Assembly: GCA_034226945.1 (NCBI GenBank)
Contig: CP120459.1
Coordinates: 558,001 to 622,000 of the forward strand
Direction of reading: 5' to 3'
DNA: 64,000 nucleotides
Source: Picochlorum sp. SENEW3
Taxonomy: Eukaryota
Shown here: in pieces, positions 1-11,214 of the stretch
Position numbering within the stretch: the stretch's first letter is position 1
Layout: every line of letters starts with the position of its first letter
Made by a program: the position numbers and the translations under genes
The notes under the pieces: model-generated
What the model saw: the letters and a program-made list of their open reading frames with translations, nothing else
Told to the model about the DNA's origin: nothing
The model's database searches: none

Positions 1-101
1 TTATGTGGGGCACGTTTGGATTGCAGTCATGTTGCTTTTAGGCGTCATCATGCCTCCAAAAAAGTCAGACAACACGAAGAATAAAAAAGAGTGATGTTAC
101 A

Positions 102-3100
102 TCATCTTTTGTTGAATGAAATGTAAGTAAGTGCAATGACTGCCACTGCTCTAAAAAAGACAATGTATGCAAACACAATCAGTATGCACCACCATGAAAA
201 CCCAGGATCGTAGCCCCAGAATGATTGTACATACTCTCCAATTGTTATTGTGGATACACCTGGTTGATCCAATGGTACATCGCTATCAGCTAGCTGTGTT
301 CCAGCTAAACCGTACAAAATCCATGTTGTTGGACTGATACGAGACATCCATTGCCATCCAGCAGGAGTCTGTGGATATGGCACTAAAAATCCATTGAATA
401 TTGTCCACATTTGATTGGAAAATGCAGCCAATAGCTGAGCCAGTAGCTGATTTGGACATATGATGACCAGACATTGGCCCAAAAATGTGTACATGGTCAC
501 TGATAGGAAGAACATCAGGAGAAAATAGAAGAACTTCCACGCAACAGGTTGAAATCCGACCATCCAATAGGTGAGGACCACCATGACGATTGCTTGCGCT
601 GCCAGATAGGGAATTTCAGCCACCCCTTGTGCTAGGGCCAGAGCTCTTGCAGAATACATCGACGCTGCTTTATTGCGATAATATACTGACCTTTCGCCAA
701 AGATAATCGGCATAACTGTCATGCAATTGAACATGCCATTGAAAATAGCTAACGAAAACATCAGACCCATGATATTTTGGACAGTGGATAGTGATGCTGG
801 TTCCGATCCTGCTCTTACTGCCTTGCCTTCGTTCAGGTAGATGAGACCATAAATCAGGGCAATGGTAAGAGTCATAATGATTCGAATGAAGTTGTAATGT
901 GGAGCCCTCCAGTAGAAAGCAAAGTACTTTCTCAGAAGCATTTTTGCCTGGATACCAAATGACGTTGCATACTGCTGATCTATTGTCAAAACTGTGGTGG
1001 ATTTTAATGATTCTTGTACCAAGACTTCCATGTTGGACAGATTTTGCTCCTCCAGTGTACTCTTCGAATACTCCAAAGGAAAATCAATATCTGCAGCTTT
1101 GAAAGTCGTTGCCATTGAGCCACCTGTTACTTCAAGCATCCACGTTGCTGGATTATAACCTGGCTTGATGGCAGGGACGCCAGGATAGGATTCTAGGTAC
1201 GAAATCAAAGTTTCGCTATTCTCGCCCAAGGGACCAAAGTACGTCAGACGACCACCTTTCTGTAAGAGAACTAGCATATCAAAGGCCTCAAAGATTTCCA
1301 TCGATGGTTGATGGATTGTCACAGTCACTGTTCTGTTGCTGCTGGCGACATTTCGAACTGCCCTCATCACAACAGCTGCTGCTCGTGCATCCAATCCACT
1401 GGTGGGCTCATCCATGAATAGGACGGAAGGATTTCCAACAAGTTCCACACCAATACTCAAACGTTTTCTTTGTTCGATGGACAGACCTTCTCCACCAGGA
1501 TTGCCAACGACTCGACCTCGCAATTCCTTCAACTCTATAGTAGACAAGGTTTCCTCAACTATTGCGCATACTTGAGAATCTGACACACTACTTTCTGAAA
1601 GTCGCAGTCGTGCAGCAAAGTGCAAGGTTTCACAGACAGTGATACATGGAGAGTGCAGGTCAAGCTGTTCTACATAGCCAACAACACGAGACCAAACCCC
1701 AGGTTCTATTTGGCGACCATTCGCCAAAATGTCACCCCTGATAATTCCTTGAGTTTTTCTACCGGCAACAACATCCATTAATGTGGTCTTTCCTGCACCA
1801 GAGCCTCCCATGAGAGCTGTCAGCTTACCTGGCTCTGCGTAAAAGTCAATGCCTTGCAACAATTGGAGCTTGCCTTCAATTTCTTTATCATCAGAACCTT
1901 TCACAACATCTTGGCGCGTTCCTTTCGAAGGATCGTTCACATAATACTCCAAATTTCTACAAACAAGACTGATGGGCGTGAACGGGACAGGCTCCACTTT
2001 TTCGAATCCATCAGTGTTGGCTGACGACATCTTATTCTTCCTCTTTGAAGGTGACATGGAGATTTCTGTCGATGACAGAGCACCTTTGATGCTCTGCCCT
2101 GCTCTCGTCACCAGTTTTTTGAACTTTTTCCTGCGCAGGTATCTATCAAGGCCCTCTTTATTTTGGGATTCCGTATCATCAAGTGACACAGAAGGTTGTG
2201 GTGGTGGTGGATTTATGTATTTCAAAGCAAGCGAGCCCACAATAGTCACTCCAAACAAAAAGACCCAATTGAACAAGACAGCCATCCAGATCCATATTCT
2301 ATTAGAAGACAGTGCAAATGCAGACAGTACAACATCACCCCCTGCTCCCCACTCTGGAGATGTAAGCTCATTAATAGACAGGGCTCTCACACCATATGAG
2401 AGAGGGTTTAGTCCGTAATAAATCCAGATCAGATAATCAGGTATAGAGGTTCTAATGATAGTAAATCCATTTGTCAACATCAGCAGCAACAAAATCAGCG
2501 ACCCCAAAGCATTAGCTCTCACCATATTTGGCGTGACATATGCAAGAAGACGGAACACTCCAGCAAGAGAATTTGAGCATGACCACGTCACAAGAAGAAA
2601 GATGAAGAAATTCCCTGCTGTTCTTGTCATTCCAGATATGAAATACACGGATACTGAGAAAAGGATCGATTCTGCTGTTGAGGATGGAATCTGCGAAATC
2701 AGATGAGCAACAGCAAATGCCCAAGGAGGGAAAAACTTGTTATCCCTATGCTTGTAAAACACCCCCTTAGTATTGAACACAAACCCTAACACAGGCATGG
2801 AAGACATTGACAGGTAAATGATGGAGAGCACGCATAGAGACAGGACTTTTCGCCCCTGAGCGATCGTATCTTCTGGATTCGCTGGAAGTGGTGGTGGTGC
2901 CACAGAAGCAAAAAATGAAGAGATGATCAATCCCATCAGCACGCTCTGAATCACCCTCGCGATATAATATGCTCTATCGCGCTTCATCAAAAGAATTTGT
3001 CGCTTGAATGCGAACCAACTCAATAGTAATCCGCTTCTAGCATATTGAGTTCTAGCAAGAGAATTTGGATTTCCTCTGGCTCGATCAAATGGGTGATTCT

Positions 3101-4766
3101 CCAGTTGATCCATCATTGTCCTACCTTGCTCAGATTCCCAAAATACCTGTCTAATCTCATTCATTCCTACCAGCAAGTCTTTCGGAGGATTCTTCATTAA
3201 TTTTTCGAACTCTCTATCAGCTTCAGTGAATCCATGCGCCTCCAACAGAGCAGGACTGGCATAAATCATTTGGCCAATAGGAGACGTCACCTCCTGCAAA
3301 AAAGACCCCGGGTCCTTCCTCACCGGGCAATCAAAACCAATTTGAGAGAAGAAAGGAATGGCCCCAGCCAAACTACCATGATATAGCACCTTTCCATCCG
3401 TCAGCAGCAGCAAATCATCAAAGAGCTCCATCACCTCTGGAGGGGGCTGCAAAAGACTCACGACTACAGTTCTCTCAAAAACATGGCACGCATCTCTGAG
3501 AGAGTTGATCACAGAAAACGTCGTCGCCGAGTCTAAACCTGTCGATATCTCGTCCATAAAGATTGCCCACTGAGATCCAACCATGACTTCAGCAGACGTC
3601 ACCCTCTTTTTCTCCCCTCCTGACACACCTCGAAGCGTCTCATCTCCAACAAACGTATTCACAACATTACTCAACCCCAAAATATGCAGTGTAATGTACG
3701 GTTTCGCTTTCGCCATCACGGCAGACTGCAAAAGCTCCAAGAATTCCTCATCTATGCGTGAATCCCCAGTCCCAGATAGCCCTGTAACATCACTCATAGA
3801 CCCTAATTCAGCAAAGACATGATCCACTTCTTCCTTGACTTGCTCTTCATTCATTCTACCCTTCCGAACAGACCCATCCTTGTTCTTCCGAACAGACCCA
3901 TCCTTGTTCTTCCTTCTTCGAACTATAGAAAGCTGCTCCTTCAAACCTGCCAACAAATTAACAACATCCTCCTCCGACACCTGACATCGAGACGCAAAAT
4001 TCACAGTTTCTATCACTGTCATATTCGGAATATGCTGATCGTATTGATCCACATACCCAGCTGTCCTCTGCACAACAAAATCCTTCATATCCTCCCCATT
4101 ATACTTGATATCACCGCTCATCCTTAAACCTTTATGCAACCTCAACCGACCACTCAGCATTTGCAAAAAGATACTCTTCCCAGACCCAGGAGGCCCCAAC
4201 AACAGGGTAAACTTGCCAGGCTTGATCACACCATTGGCACTATCCAACAATGTAACCCGTTTCTTTTGCAAGCTCGCTCCAGCGAATGGAATGAATTTTC
4301 CAATCGTCTCCTTTGCAGCATTCCACACAGTTGGATTCTGAGAACTCCCAACCAGCGCATCAGCTTCAATCGTGACATTCTTATACTCCACCTCCACCTT
4401 GTGCAACCCCCCTGGCTGACGCCTACACACACATCCATCATCAACACCATCATCGCCATGCAACGACACATCACACGTATACACATACTTGAACACCTCC
4501 ACCAACCGAGAACGCACTGCGTCTGTCGACAACACTTCCTTTGCCAACTCTTGCTTCCTCTCCTGTTTCACAGTTTTACCTCGTCGCATCCTCACTTCCT
4601 CTCGAGCAGCAGCAATCAACGCCAATTCATCCGTACGAGATAGTTCATCACTCAGCATGGACTGGCTGTCATCAGGAAAGACGAAACCGGAAGCAGGGTC
4701 AAAAGCGCCATTTTCATACGTGCCTGCTCGGACCTGTTGAGGCCGAAACAGAGATCCGATAGCCAT
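102..4766 (-). CDS. Full-size ABCG/PDR (pleiotropic drug resistance) transporter, NBD-TMD-NBD-TMD
   Basis: 1554-aa intronless ORF with LLLGPPGSGKS and LMGGSGAGKTT Walker A motifs, GVSGGEKKRV and GLSIEQRKRL signatures, DEISTGLDS/DEPTSGLD, the PDR motif GYNPATWMLEV and two hydrophobic TM blocks. Confidence 0.96.
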   Translation of the reverse strand: MAIGSLFRPQQVRAGTYENGAFDPASGFVFPDDSQSMLSDELSRTDELALIAAAREEVRMRRGKTVKQERKQELAKEVLSTDAVRSRLVEVFKYVYTCDVSLHGDDGVDDGCVCRRQPGGLHKVEVEYKNVTIEADALVGSSQNPTVWNAAKETIGKFIPFAGASLQKKRVTLLDSANGVIKPGKFTLLLGPPGSGKSIFLQMLSGRLRLHKGLRMSGDIKYNGEDMKDFVVQRTAGYVDQYDQHIPNMTVIETVNFASRCQVSEEDVVNLLAGLKEQLSIVRRRKNKDGSVRKNKDGSVRKGRMNEEQVKEEVDHVFAELGSMSDVTGLSGTGDSRIDEEFLELLQSAVMAKAKPYITLHILGLSNVVNTFVGDETLRGVSGGEKKRVTSAEVMVGSQWAIFMDEISTGLDSATTFSVINSLRDACHVFERTVVVSLLQPPPEVMELFDDLLLLTDGKVLYHGSLAGAIPFFSQIGFDCPVRKDPGSFLQEVTSPIGQMIYASPALLEAHGFTEADREFEKLMKNPPKDLLVGMNEIRQVFWESEQGRTMMDQLENHPFDRARGNPNSLARTQYARSGLLLSWFAFKRQILLMKRDRAYYIARVIQSVLMGLIISSFFASVAPPPLPANPEDTIAQGRKVLSLCVLSIIYLSMSSMPVLGFVFNTKGVFYKHRDNKFFPPWAFAVAHLISQIPSSTAESILFSVSVYFISGMTRTAGNFFIFLLVTWSCSNSLAGVFRLLAYVTPNMVRANALGSLILLLLMLTNGFTIIRTSIPDYLIWIYYGLNPLSYGVRALSINELTSPEWGAGGDVVLSAFALSSNRIWIWMAVLFNWVFLFGVTIVGSLALKYINPPPPQPSVSLDDTESQNKEGLDRYLRRKKFKKLVTRAGQSIKGALSSTEISMSPSKRKNKMSSANTDGFEKVEPVPFTPISLVCRNLEYYVNDPSKGTRQDVVKGSDDKEIEGKLQLLQGIDFYAEPGKLTALMGGSGAGKTTLMDVVAGRKTQGIIRGDILANGRQIEPGVWSRVVGYVEQLDLHSPCITVCETLHFAARLRLSESSVSDSQVCAIVEETLSTIELKELRGRVVGNPGGEGLSIEQRKRLSIGVELVGNPSVLFMDEPTSGLDARAAAVVMRAVRNVASSNRTVTVTIHQPSMEIFEAFDMLVLLQKGGRLTYFGPLGENSETLISYLESYPGVPAIKPGYNPATWMLEVTGGSMATTFKAADIDFPLEYSKSTLEEQNLSNMEVLVQESLKSTTVLTIDQQYATSFGIQAKMLLRKYFAFYWRAPHYNFIRIIMTLTIALIYGLIYLNEGKAVRAGSEPASLSTVQNIMGLMFSLAIFNGMFNCMTVMPIIFGERSVYYRNKAASMYSARALALAQGVAEIPYLAAQAIVMVVLTYWMVGFQPVAWKFFYFLLMFFLSVTMYTFLGQCLVIICPNQLLAQLLAAFSNQMWTIFNGFLVPYPQTPAGWQWMSRISPTTWILYGLAGTQLADSDVPLDQPGVSTITIGEYVQSFWGYDPGFSWWCILIVFAYIVFFRAVAVIALTYISFNKR
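3861..3908. repeat. Perfect 24-bp tandem duplication inside the ABCG CDS (encodes RKNKDGSV twice)
   Basis: cttccgaacagacccatccttgtt occurs at 3861-3884 and 3885-3908; the frame is preserved. Confidence 0.95.
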
Positions 4767-5137
4767 GGCGATGACTCTTATCTATCGTAAAATCAACAAA
4801 TGATGTAAATTAAGTATTGGAAAGAACATAGACAAGGCTCTGATTCCAATAAAACGCAAACCGTAAAGAAAAGGTACACAACAGGTACAGTCTTACGGGA
4901 GAAGCGTATCGATTCTTTCGTCAATCATCCAATAGTCAAATTTTTAGATATATCAACAGTATACTGATGAAATGAAAGCATGCAGAGTCCGTATGTAAGA
5001 GTCACGTCTCCTTGCCATGAGGCCAATATTAATATTGAGCACCAAGTTTATTAAGATTGCATCCCAATACGACTCATGGGGTCGTTCATGCTGGGGAAGC
5101 AGTACTTTCATTATTACGTATTTTATATATTCTATAT

Positions 5138-6838
5138 ATGAATATGGAGACTACGACGACGACGACGCATAATGAAGTCTATTTCAGTATATACCGGCTG
5201 GAGAGTTCGAGAAGAGGGAAAGAGGAAGAGTTGGAACGTGCAGACGTTCAACGCTGTGTGGATGGCATACTGAGTGATATTGGATACATATGGCAGCGGG
5301 ATACATTTCAGTTTATTAATGTGAGAAAGGATTGCCTGTATGGCAAGGTGAGGTTTGATGAGAATATGGATGATGAATGGTTTGTTGTGTGGTTGCTCAA
5401 ACGGATCTCGGAACAAGTGCCTGGCCTTGCTGTGCACGTGTGGGATAATGATGGGGAGTTTCTGTTGATAGAAGCAGCGTATTCCTTGCCTCGATGGTTA
5501 GAGCCTGAGGTGGCGGAGAATAGAGTATGGATCATGGGTGGCAAGGTTCACTGTATACCAAAGCTGGTGCAGCCTTCTGGTTGGCAGGGTATTGAGGGGC
5601 CAGTCACGCTGGAACAGGCGATGGATGCGTTGCAAAATCATTCAGAGGAGACTGAAGAATGTGGGAGAGGAATAGATGAGGTTGTTCAGAGGAAGATTGA
5701 TGTGTACCCTGGGTATGCCATGGAGACCATGCACAGGAGCCCAGTTATTCTTCCGAGGAGCATTGCATCGCCGATCATATCAGATCCGCAGTGTATATCT
5801 CGTGCTGTGCGTGCATTTCACACGAGTGGTCCAAAGGAACGACGCGCTGCGTCGAAGTTTGACAACTACCCATTAGACAATGGTGTCATCCCTATAGTTG
5901 TTTGCATGAATAGGTGCCAGTATAGCCAACTCATGCTGACTGAATATCAGCCACCAGACGATTCTCCGTGGAATAGGGTAGTAGTACAAAGCAAGGACGA
6001 TGATGTATATCGGCATGCATGTGATCTGGGATTCAAGATTGCGCTTGGATTTGACATGATGGGGCCCATGGTCATTCCTGATCTCTCGTGTGTTGATGAA
6101 TACAAACTCGCGCCATATTCCGAAAACGCATGGAATGAATATATAGATGATGATTCATGGCTGTACACGGCCTCTGATCGATTACAGGAGGAACTAGGTG
6201 CGAGAGAGAAAGAACAGGAACTGCATGGGTTTGACCCAGATGAACTCTCAAAACGAATGAAGCAGTTTGTCGATACAATGTCGACAATGAATGGTGCTGA
6301 TATTGTGGATGAAGAAATACAGTTTGATCCCGACGCATTTCTCAACATGTTTCGGGAAGTGGATGATGATGATGGTGATGCATCATCGGTGAGCGAGGGG
6401 TCATCATTCTATGCTCTTGGGAGCAGCAGCGATGATGATAGGCATATATACTATAGTAGAAATATCACCGTGAACACAGACACAGATAGCGACGACGACG
6501 ATGTGCGGCGTGAGGCCCATGCCAATGCTGGCAACATGGCAGAGGGAGATGCCAACAACCAGTCTGGTGCAGATGATGCATCATTTACAGAGGCGTACAG
6601 CGAGGTTCTCGCAGATCAACTTCGAGGCACATCATTGGATGCATCTTTTACTGGGACCTCGGGCGATGATGGAACCATGAATCCTGTAGATGTTGACGTG
6701 AACCTCGTGTCACATCTACTGGCCTCATACGAAGAGCAGGGTGCTCTCCCAGGACCAGCGAGCACGCTCGCTGGAATGCTTGGTATATCGCTTCCTCGTC
6801 GAATACATAAAGACACGTCGGAGAATGACGCAACGTAG
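5138..6838 (+). CDS. ECD: Ecdysoneless (ECD/hSGT1 family) protein
   Basis: YIWQRDTF, FDENMDDEWFVVWLL, WDNDGEFLLIEAAYSLPRWL and the C-terminal VDVDVNLVSHLLASYEEQGALPGPASTL motifs. First in-frame ATG is at 5138 (the ORF track starts at a TTG). Confidence 0.9.
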   Translation: MNMETTTTTTHNEVYFSIYRLESSRRGKEEELERADVQRCVDGILSDIGYIWQRDTFQFINVRKDCLYGKVRFDENMDDEWFVVWLLKRISEQVPGLAVHVWDNDGEFLLIEAAYSLPRWLEPEVAENRVWIMGGKVHCIPKLVQPSGWQGIEGPVTLEQAMDALQNHSEETEECGRGIDEVVQRKIDVYPGYAMETMHRSPVILPRSIASPIISDPQCISRAVRAFHTSGPKERRAASKFDNYPLDNGVIPIVVCMNRCQYSQLMLTEYQPPDDSPWNRVVVQSKDDDVYRHACDLGFKIALGFDMMGPMVIPDLSCVDEYKLAPYSENAWNEYIDDDSWLYTASDRLQEELGAREKEQELHGFDPDELSKRMKQFVDTMSTMNGADIVDEEIQFDPDAFLNMFREVDDDDGDASSVSEGSSFYALGSSSDDDRHIYYSRNITVNTDTDSDDDDVRREAHANAGNMAEGDANNQSGADDASFTEAYSEVLADQLRGTSLDASFTGTSGDDGTMNPVDVDVNLVSHLLASYEEQGALPGPASTLAGMLGISLPRRIHKDTSENDAT

Positions 6839-7519
6839 CGCACGCAGAAACAGATAGGGCCTTGAGTGGGCATCATAAGAAAGTCGGAATGCGATTCGTG
6901 GCTCACAATGGCCCGTTGATGGGAGGAAGGCCGCTCAGGGTGTCCCCTGACCACGAGATGGCGTATCACAGCGTCGCCGTCCTAAAGATGCCTCCCAGGG
7001 ACAAAGTGCATCATAGGGCACATTGGACATGTACATCGCAGAGAGGACGACACAGGGCGTATACTATATGAATGAAACAAAATATTGACGTATTCGAAGG
7101 ATACGAAGGATATACAATAAACGTTGGACGGGGACAAGGTGCGTGGACATGTGGCGTGTGCGCACTCAGCGTCAGACCGTCGCCGCATTGACGTTTTTAC
7201 ATGCATGAATACCATTATAATATATAAAATATATCAAATAATAGTTTACCATGCTCTGTTGTGTGATCTTTTGCAGAGTTGTTGGTGCAACGGCACTGTG
7301 CAGGATGAGCAAGGTTGCGTGGGAATAGGGATTCTTATTTTTAATTTGGAAGGATTATAGCATTCAGACATATCATTTAATTGTACTGAAACTATTCATA
7401 ACGAAAGAAGTGGCGAATTCGCGGCATAATTTTTTCAAGGTGCAAGAGCTTTGTTTTGTTGGACGAGCTTACGAATTTGAACAATATACGCTCAAAAACT
7501 AGAATAGGAAAACGTGACG

Positions 7520-10500
7520 ATGAATAATAATGATCAGGGGGTTCGGGATGGATATTATGCATCGAATATGAATGATCAGAATGTCCATGGATTGTTTCAT
7601 GGTCTGAATTTGGGTCAACAGCAGTTTGACAGTGTTGGGGACCACCATCACAGTGGCAATGGAGGACACTATCAGGGTAATCACGGGGGACACTATCAAC
7701 AGTTTCCACCGACTTCATTTGGTTTGGCTCAGAGGAGTGGGTCGATTGGGAATCCAGTGCAGCCCATACTAGATCTTGCTGACGGTGGGGTTGCAACAGA
7801 GGTGCCACTGGCTGGGAACGTGAATCCATACCAGGCTGCTGCAAGTTTTCCTCATCATCACATGAATTTCATGCAGTATTCTGCTGCTGGTTTGGACCTG
7901 CATCACGGGCAGGATGTGCCGGGGATGTTTCAAGGAGGGCATGGCTCCATGGCACCATCCTTGGTTGGATTTGAGAGCCACGGGATGCCTCATCAATCAC
8001 ACATGGGATGGGGTGGTCAGGCTATTGAAGATACTCAGAATGGACAAAAAGCCATGTGGTTTGGAAAGGGACAGCCCCAGAATCGTCATTACCAGAACGG
8101 GAATGGCAACAGGAGAGGCCGATACAGAGGCAAGTCTCAAGGACGCAGTGGCACACGAAATTTCTCAAGGCAACGATCTGGAACGTATGATGGATCGAGC
8201 GATTCTTCTGATGTGTCTATCGACGATATACTGATGACTGTGTCACAAACTCCAGAGCATGAGGCAGTTGGGAGCAATGTCTTTGATAGTCTGTTGTCGC
8301 TTGATAGCAGGGCTGTGGCGTCCCTGCTCAAGGAATTGCTTCGCATGGGGCTTGCTGCGAGAGCGGTGGAGATTTTTGATCGTATTCGAACATCTGACCC
8401 AAATAGTCCCTTGAGTCTGTCACTGATGGATGTATTTACGTATACTGCTGCGATTTCTCTGTGCATTTCTACACAGGATGTTGACAGAGCCTTGTCTCTG
8501 GCCTCTGAGATGAAGCAGAAGAGGATCCAATGCAACGTTCATACATACACTGCATTGATGAATGTGTGCATTAAATGTTCTAGATATGGACGTGCGCTCG
8601 AAACATATGAGGCGATGAGAGCAGACGGTTGTGTCCCAAATGTCGTTACATTCAATACGTTGATTGATGTGTATGGCAAAACAGGTGCATGGGAGCAAGC
8701 CATCCAAGTGCTGGATACAATGAGAAGAGAGGGCGTGAATCCAGTGTTAAGAACATATAATACCCTCTTGATTGCATGCAATATGTGCAACCAGCCTAGG
8801 GAGGCAATATCTGCATATAAGAGGATGTTGGAGGAAGGTTTTACACCGAATTCAACCACATACAATGCATTGATATCAGCCTACGGGAAGTGTGGACAAC
8901 TGGATCGGGTGATGGAAGTTTTCCAAGAGATGACGAGCAGAGGATGCGAGAAAAATGTCATCACCTTTTCTAGTCTCATCTCTGCATGTGAAAAGGCTGG
9001 TCAATGGCAGCTTGCACTCGACTTGTTCAAGGAGATGAGAAGAGAGCGCTGCAATCCAAATACAGTCACGTTTAATTCTCTGATCACTGCTCTGGGACAA
9101 GGAGGCCAATGGGAAAAAGCACTTCAGATATTTGACCAGATGAAGTCAAGAAACTGCACTCCTGATGTAGTGACATACACTGCTCTGATATCTGCAATGG
9201 AGAAGGGTGGCCAATGGAGATTGGCTCTCGAGTCTTTTGAAAGGATGAAAAGACAGGGCTGCAAAGCCGATGCTATTGTGTACAACGCAGTAGTGAATGC
9301 CTTGTGGGAGACAGGTATTGTGTGGGCGCAGAAGCATGCATTGCGGGTTTTCAAACAAGCTGTATCAGAGGGTCACTTCCCCCAGCAAACGTTGGTACCA
9401 GGCTTGCTGCGTGCAGAAGTTAACCTCCATGCAACAACGTCGGGTGTCGCCATGCTCTCTTTGTATGAATGGCTGCAAAATTTGCAACAGTTTATTCAAG
9501 AATATGGAGAAGGGTCTGTTCCGTCAAAGGTTACCATTGTCACAGACAGGGGCCGTGGAGCGAGAGAGCAGGGAAACCTTGTCGTAAAAGAAGCTGTTAC
9601 TGCGATGATGATGCATTGGAAATCCCCCTTCATGCTTTCTGGACAGAGGCATTATGCTAGTAGTCCCTCTCTGGAAGCAACAGGAGCAGACTTGGCTGCA
9701 TGGGTCATTTCTGAAAGTTTTGACAAGGGAATTCATTCATTCTTCTCTTGCTCTAATTATGGTGCAACAGAAGAGTTGGATGACCCTGGCGAACAAGTAG
9801 AGAAGGAGGTCCAAGAGAGGTGCTCGGCAGCATTTGCTGCTGTCAAACACTTTGAGAAGACACACTCCTTGTCAGTGCAGAATATGGGTTACCTTTATCT
9901 GCAAATGCGAGCAGATTTAGTTCAGAACTGCATAAAAATCAATACTGAATTGGGTGGTCCCGAAGAGTCTGTACAAGATGCAGTTCTATTGATGGACCGG
10001 GTCATGTCAACCAGTTTGAACTTTGCTTCTGAGGTTTTCGATCTTTTGGCCGCAGCGTGCGTTCTCATTGCATATAACCAGCTTGAATCGTCATCTCCGT
10101 TGGAAAAATGTGACAATGCACAAGTGGAAAAGGCTGCTGGACTTCCCATGTGGGCAATCAAGAGAATGGAATGGAGCATCCTTCAGGTTTTGGGCCAAGA
10201 CACTGCTTCCATATCAAGCATACGATGCGTCAAGCTCTTCATGGAGAGGCTTGGGACAGAACAATTACCTAAAGCTGCAGCAGACGCACTGATGGGAGAT
10301 GCTAAAGGACTATGTCTGGACTGTGTATCGGACACAGCCTTTCTGAATTGCCGTCCTTCAATAACAGCAGCTGCTGTCATTTACGTGGACAGGAGGAATA
10401 GAGGAATCATTCCTTTCTGGCCATCATCTTTGGCAAAACTCAGTGGGTATACGGACGTCTCTGCCTTGGAATTGTCAATTGCAATCAAATCTGCTCAGCG

Positions 10501-10852
10501 CATATGTGGAAGCAGAAGTCAGGATTTGGAGAATGAGTTTGATGATTTGCATCAATCAGCAGAAGTCTTGCAACCTTCTATAAAGCATTCATCAAACGAG
10601 GCCTACTTGCTCTCACAAGATGGCGGCGATGTGGCTGCTCCTCAAAGCACTGTTGCAAACATTTCAGCAGACAGGCAAGCAATCCTGGAGTCTCTTCAGC
10701 AAATGGTTGCTCGATCGGTTGGCCCAACTACACCTGAAGATACAGATGTGAGTGCCCAAGGAGGGAGCAGTGGGGATCAGTGCTCGACAAATCCAAGTTC
10801 AAACAATGAAAATTCGTCCTCTGGCCAATCGAGTGAAGATGGCAAGGCATAG
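7520..10852 (+). CDS. PPR-SMR-cyclin multidomain protein
   Basis: About 9 tandem 35-aa P-type PPR repeats (e.g. PNVVTFNTLIDVYGKTGAWEQA), then an SMR-like segment (VNLHATTSGVA...VTIVTDRGRG) and a cyclin box (MRADLVQNCI...SVQDAVLLMDRVMS...LAAACVLIA...MEWSILQVLG). First ATG is at 7520. Confidence 0.9.
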   Translation: MNNNDQGVRDGYYASNMNDQNVHGLFHGLNLGQQQFDSVGDHHHSGNGGHYQGNHGGHYQQFPPTSFGLAQRSGSIGNPVQPILDLADGGVATEVPLAGNVNPYQAAASFPHHHMNFMQYSAAGLDLHHGQDVPGMFQGGHGSMAPSLVGFESHGMPHQSHMGWGGQAIEDTQNGQKAMWFGKGQPQNRHYQNGNGNRRGRYRGKSQGRSGTRNFSRQRSGTYDGSSDSSDVSIDDILMTVSQTPEHEAVGSNVFDSLLSLDSRAVASLLKELLRMGLAARAVEIFDRIRTSDPNSPLSLSLMDVFTYTAAISLCISTQDVDRALSLASEMKQKRIQCNVHTYTALMNVCIKCSRYGRALETYEAMRADGCVPNVVTFNTLIDVYGKTGAWEQAIQVLDTMRREGVNPVLRTYNTLLIACNMCNQPREAISAYKRMLEEGFTPNSTTYNALISAYGKCGQLDRVMEVFQEMTSRGCEKNVITFSSLISACEKAGQWQLALDLFKEMRRERCNPNTVTFNSLITALGQGGQWEKALQIFDQMKSRNCTPDVVTYTALISAMEKGGQWRLALESFERMKRQGCKADAIVYNAVVNALWETGIVWAQKHALRVFKQAVSEGHFPQQTLVPGLLRAEVNLHATTSGVAMLSLYEWLQNLQQFIQEYGEGSVPSKVTIVTDRGRGAREQGNLVVKEAVTAMMMHWKSPFMLSGQRHYASSPSLEATGADLAAWVISESFDKGIHSFFSCSNYGATEELDDPGEQVEKEVQERCSAAFAAVKHFEKTHSLSVQNMGYLYLQMRADLVQNCIKINTELGGPEESVQDAVLLMDRVMSTSLNFASEVFDLLAAACVLIAYNQLESSSPLEKCDNAQVEKAAGLPMWAIKRMEWSILQVLGQDTASISSIRCVKLFMERLGTEQLPKAAADALMGDAKGLCLDCVSDTAFLNCRPSITAAAVIYVDRRNRGIIPFWPSSLAKLSGYTDVSALELSIAIKSAQRICGSRSQDLENEFDDLHQSAEVLQPSIKHSSNEAYLLSQDGGDVAAPQSTVANISADRQAILESLQQMVARSVGPTTPEDTDVSAQGGSSGDQCSTNPSSNNENSSSGQSSEDGKA

Positions 10853-11214
10853 TTCAGAGATGCTTACAAAAGCATTTCAATTTTTTGAGAATGGATGAAC
10901 ATGCACACGCATGCGCAATGGATTACGTTTCCGTCTGTGTAGATCTGAGTATAATAGAAAGAAGATTTTTTTACCAACGGATGCTGCAGAAGAAGAGTGT
11001 ACATGATATCAATGATACCAGCATATCAATTTGATTGTTACGGGACTGCTTCCGCAATAATGCTGCACATTGGCAGCAATACTACTACGATACGATTTTT
11101 TTCCACTCTGTTATGATATCTTATGAAGAAGAAAAAACTACTCTACATTGTTTACTGAGTTACATGTGACCTTGTATGATAATCCTGTTAGCATTCTGTA
11201 GACTCTTGTCAAGA

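Noticed and set aside
5057..5137. ORF-track starts at TTG/GTG (here and at 7514, 17035, 22274, 40354, 60187, 63653)
   Set aside because: This is a eukaryotic locus; nearby ATGs or upstream exons explain the starts.
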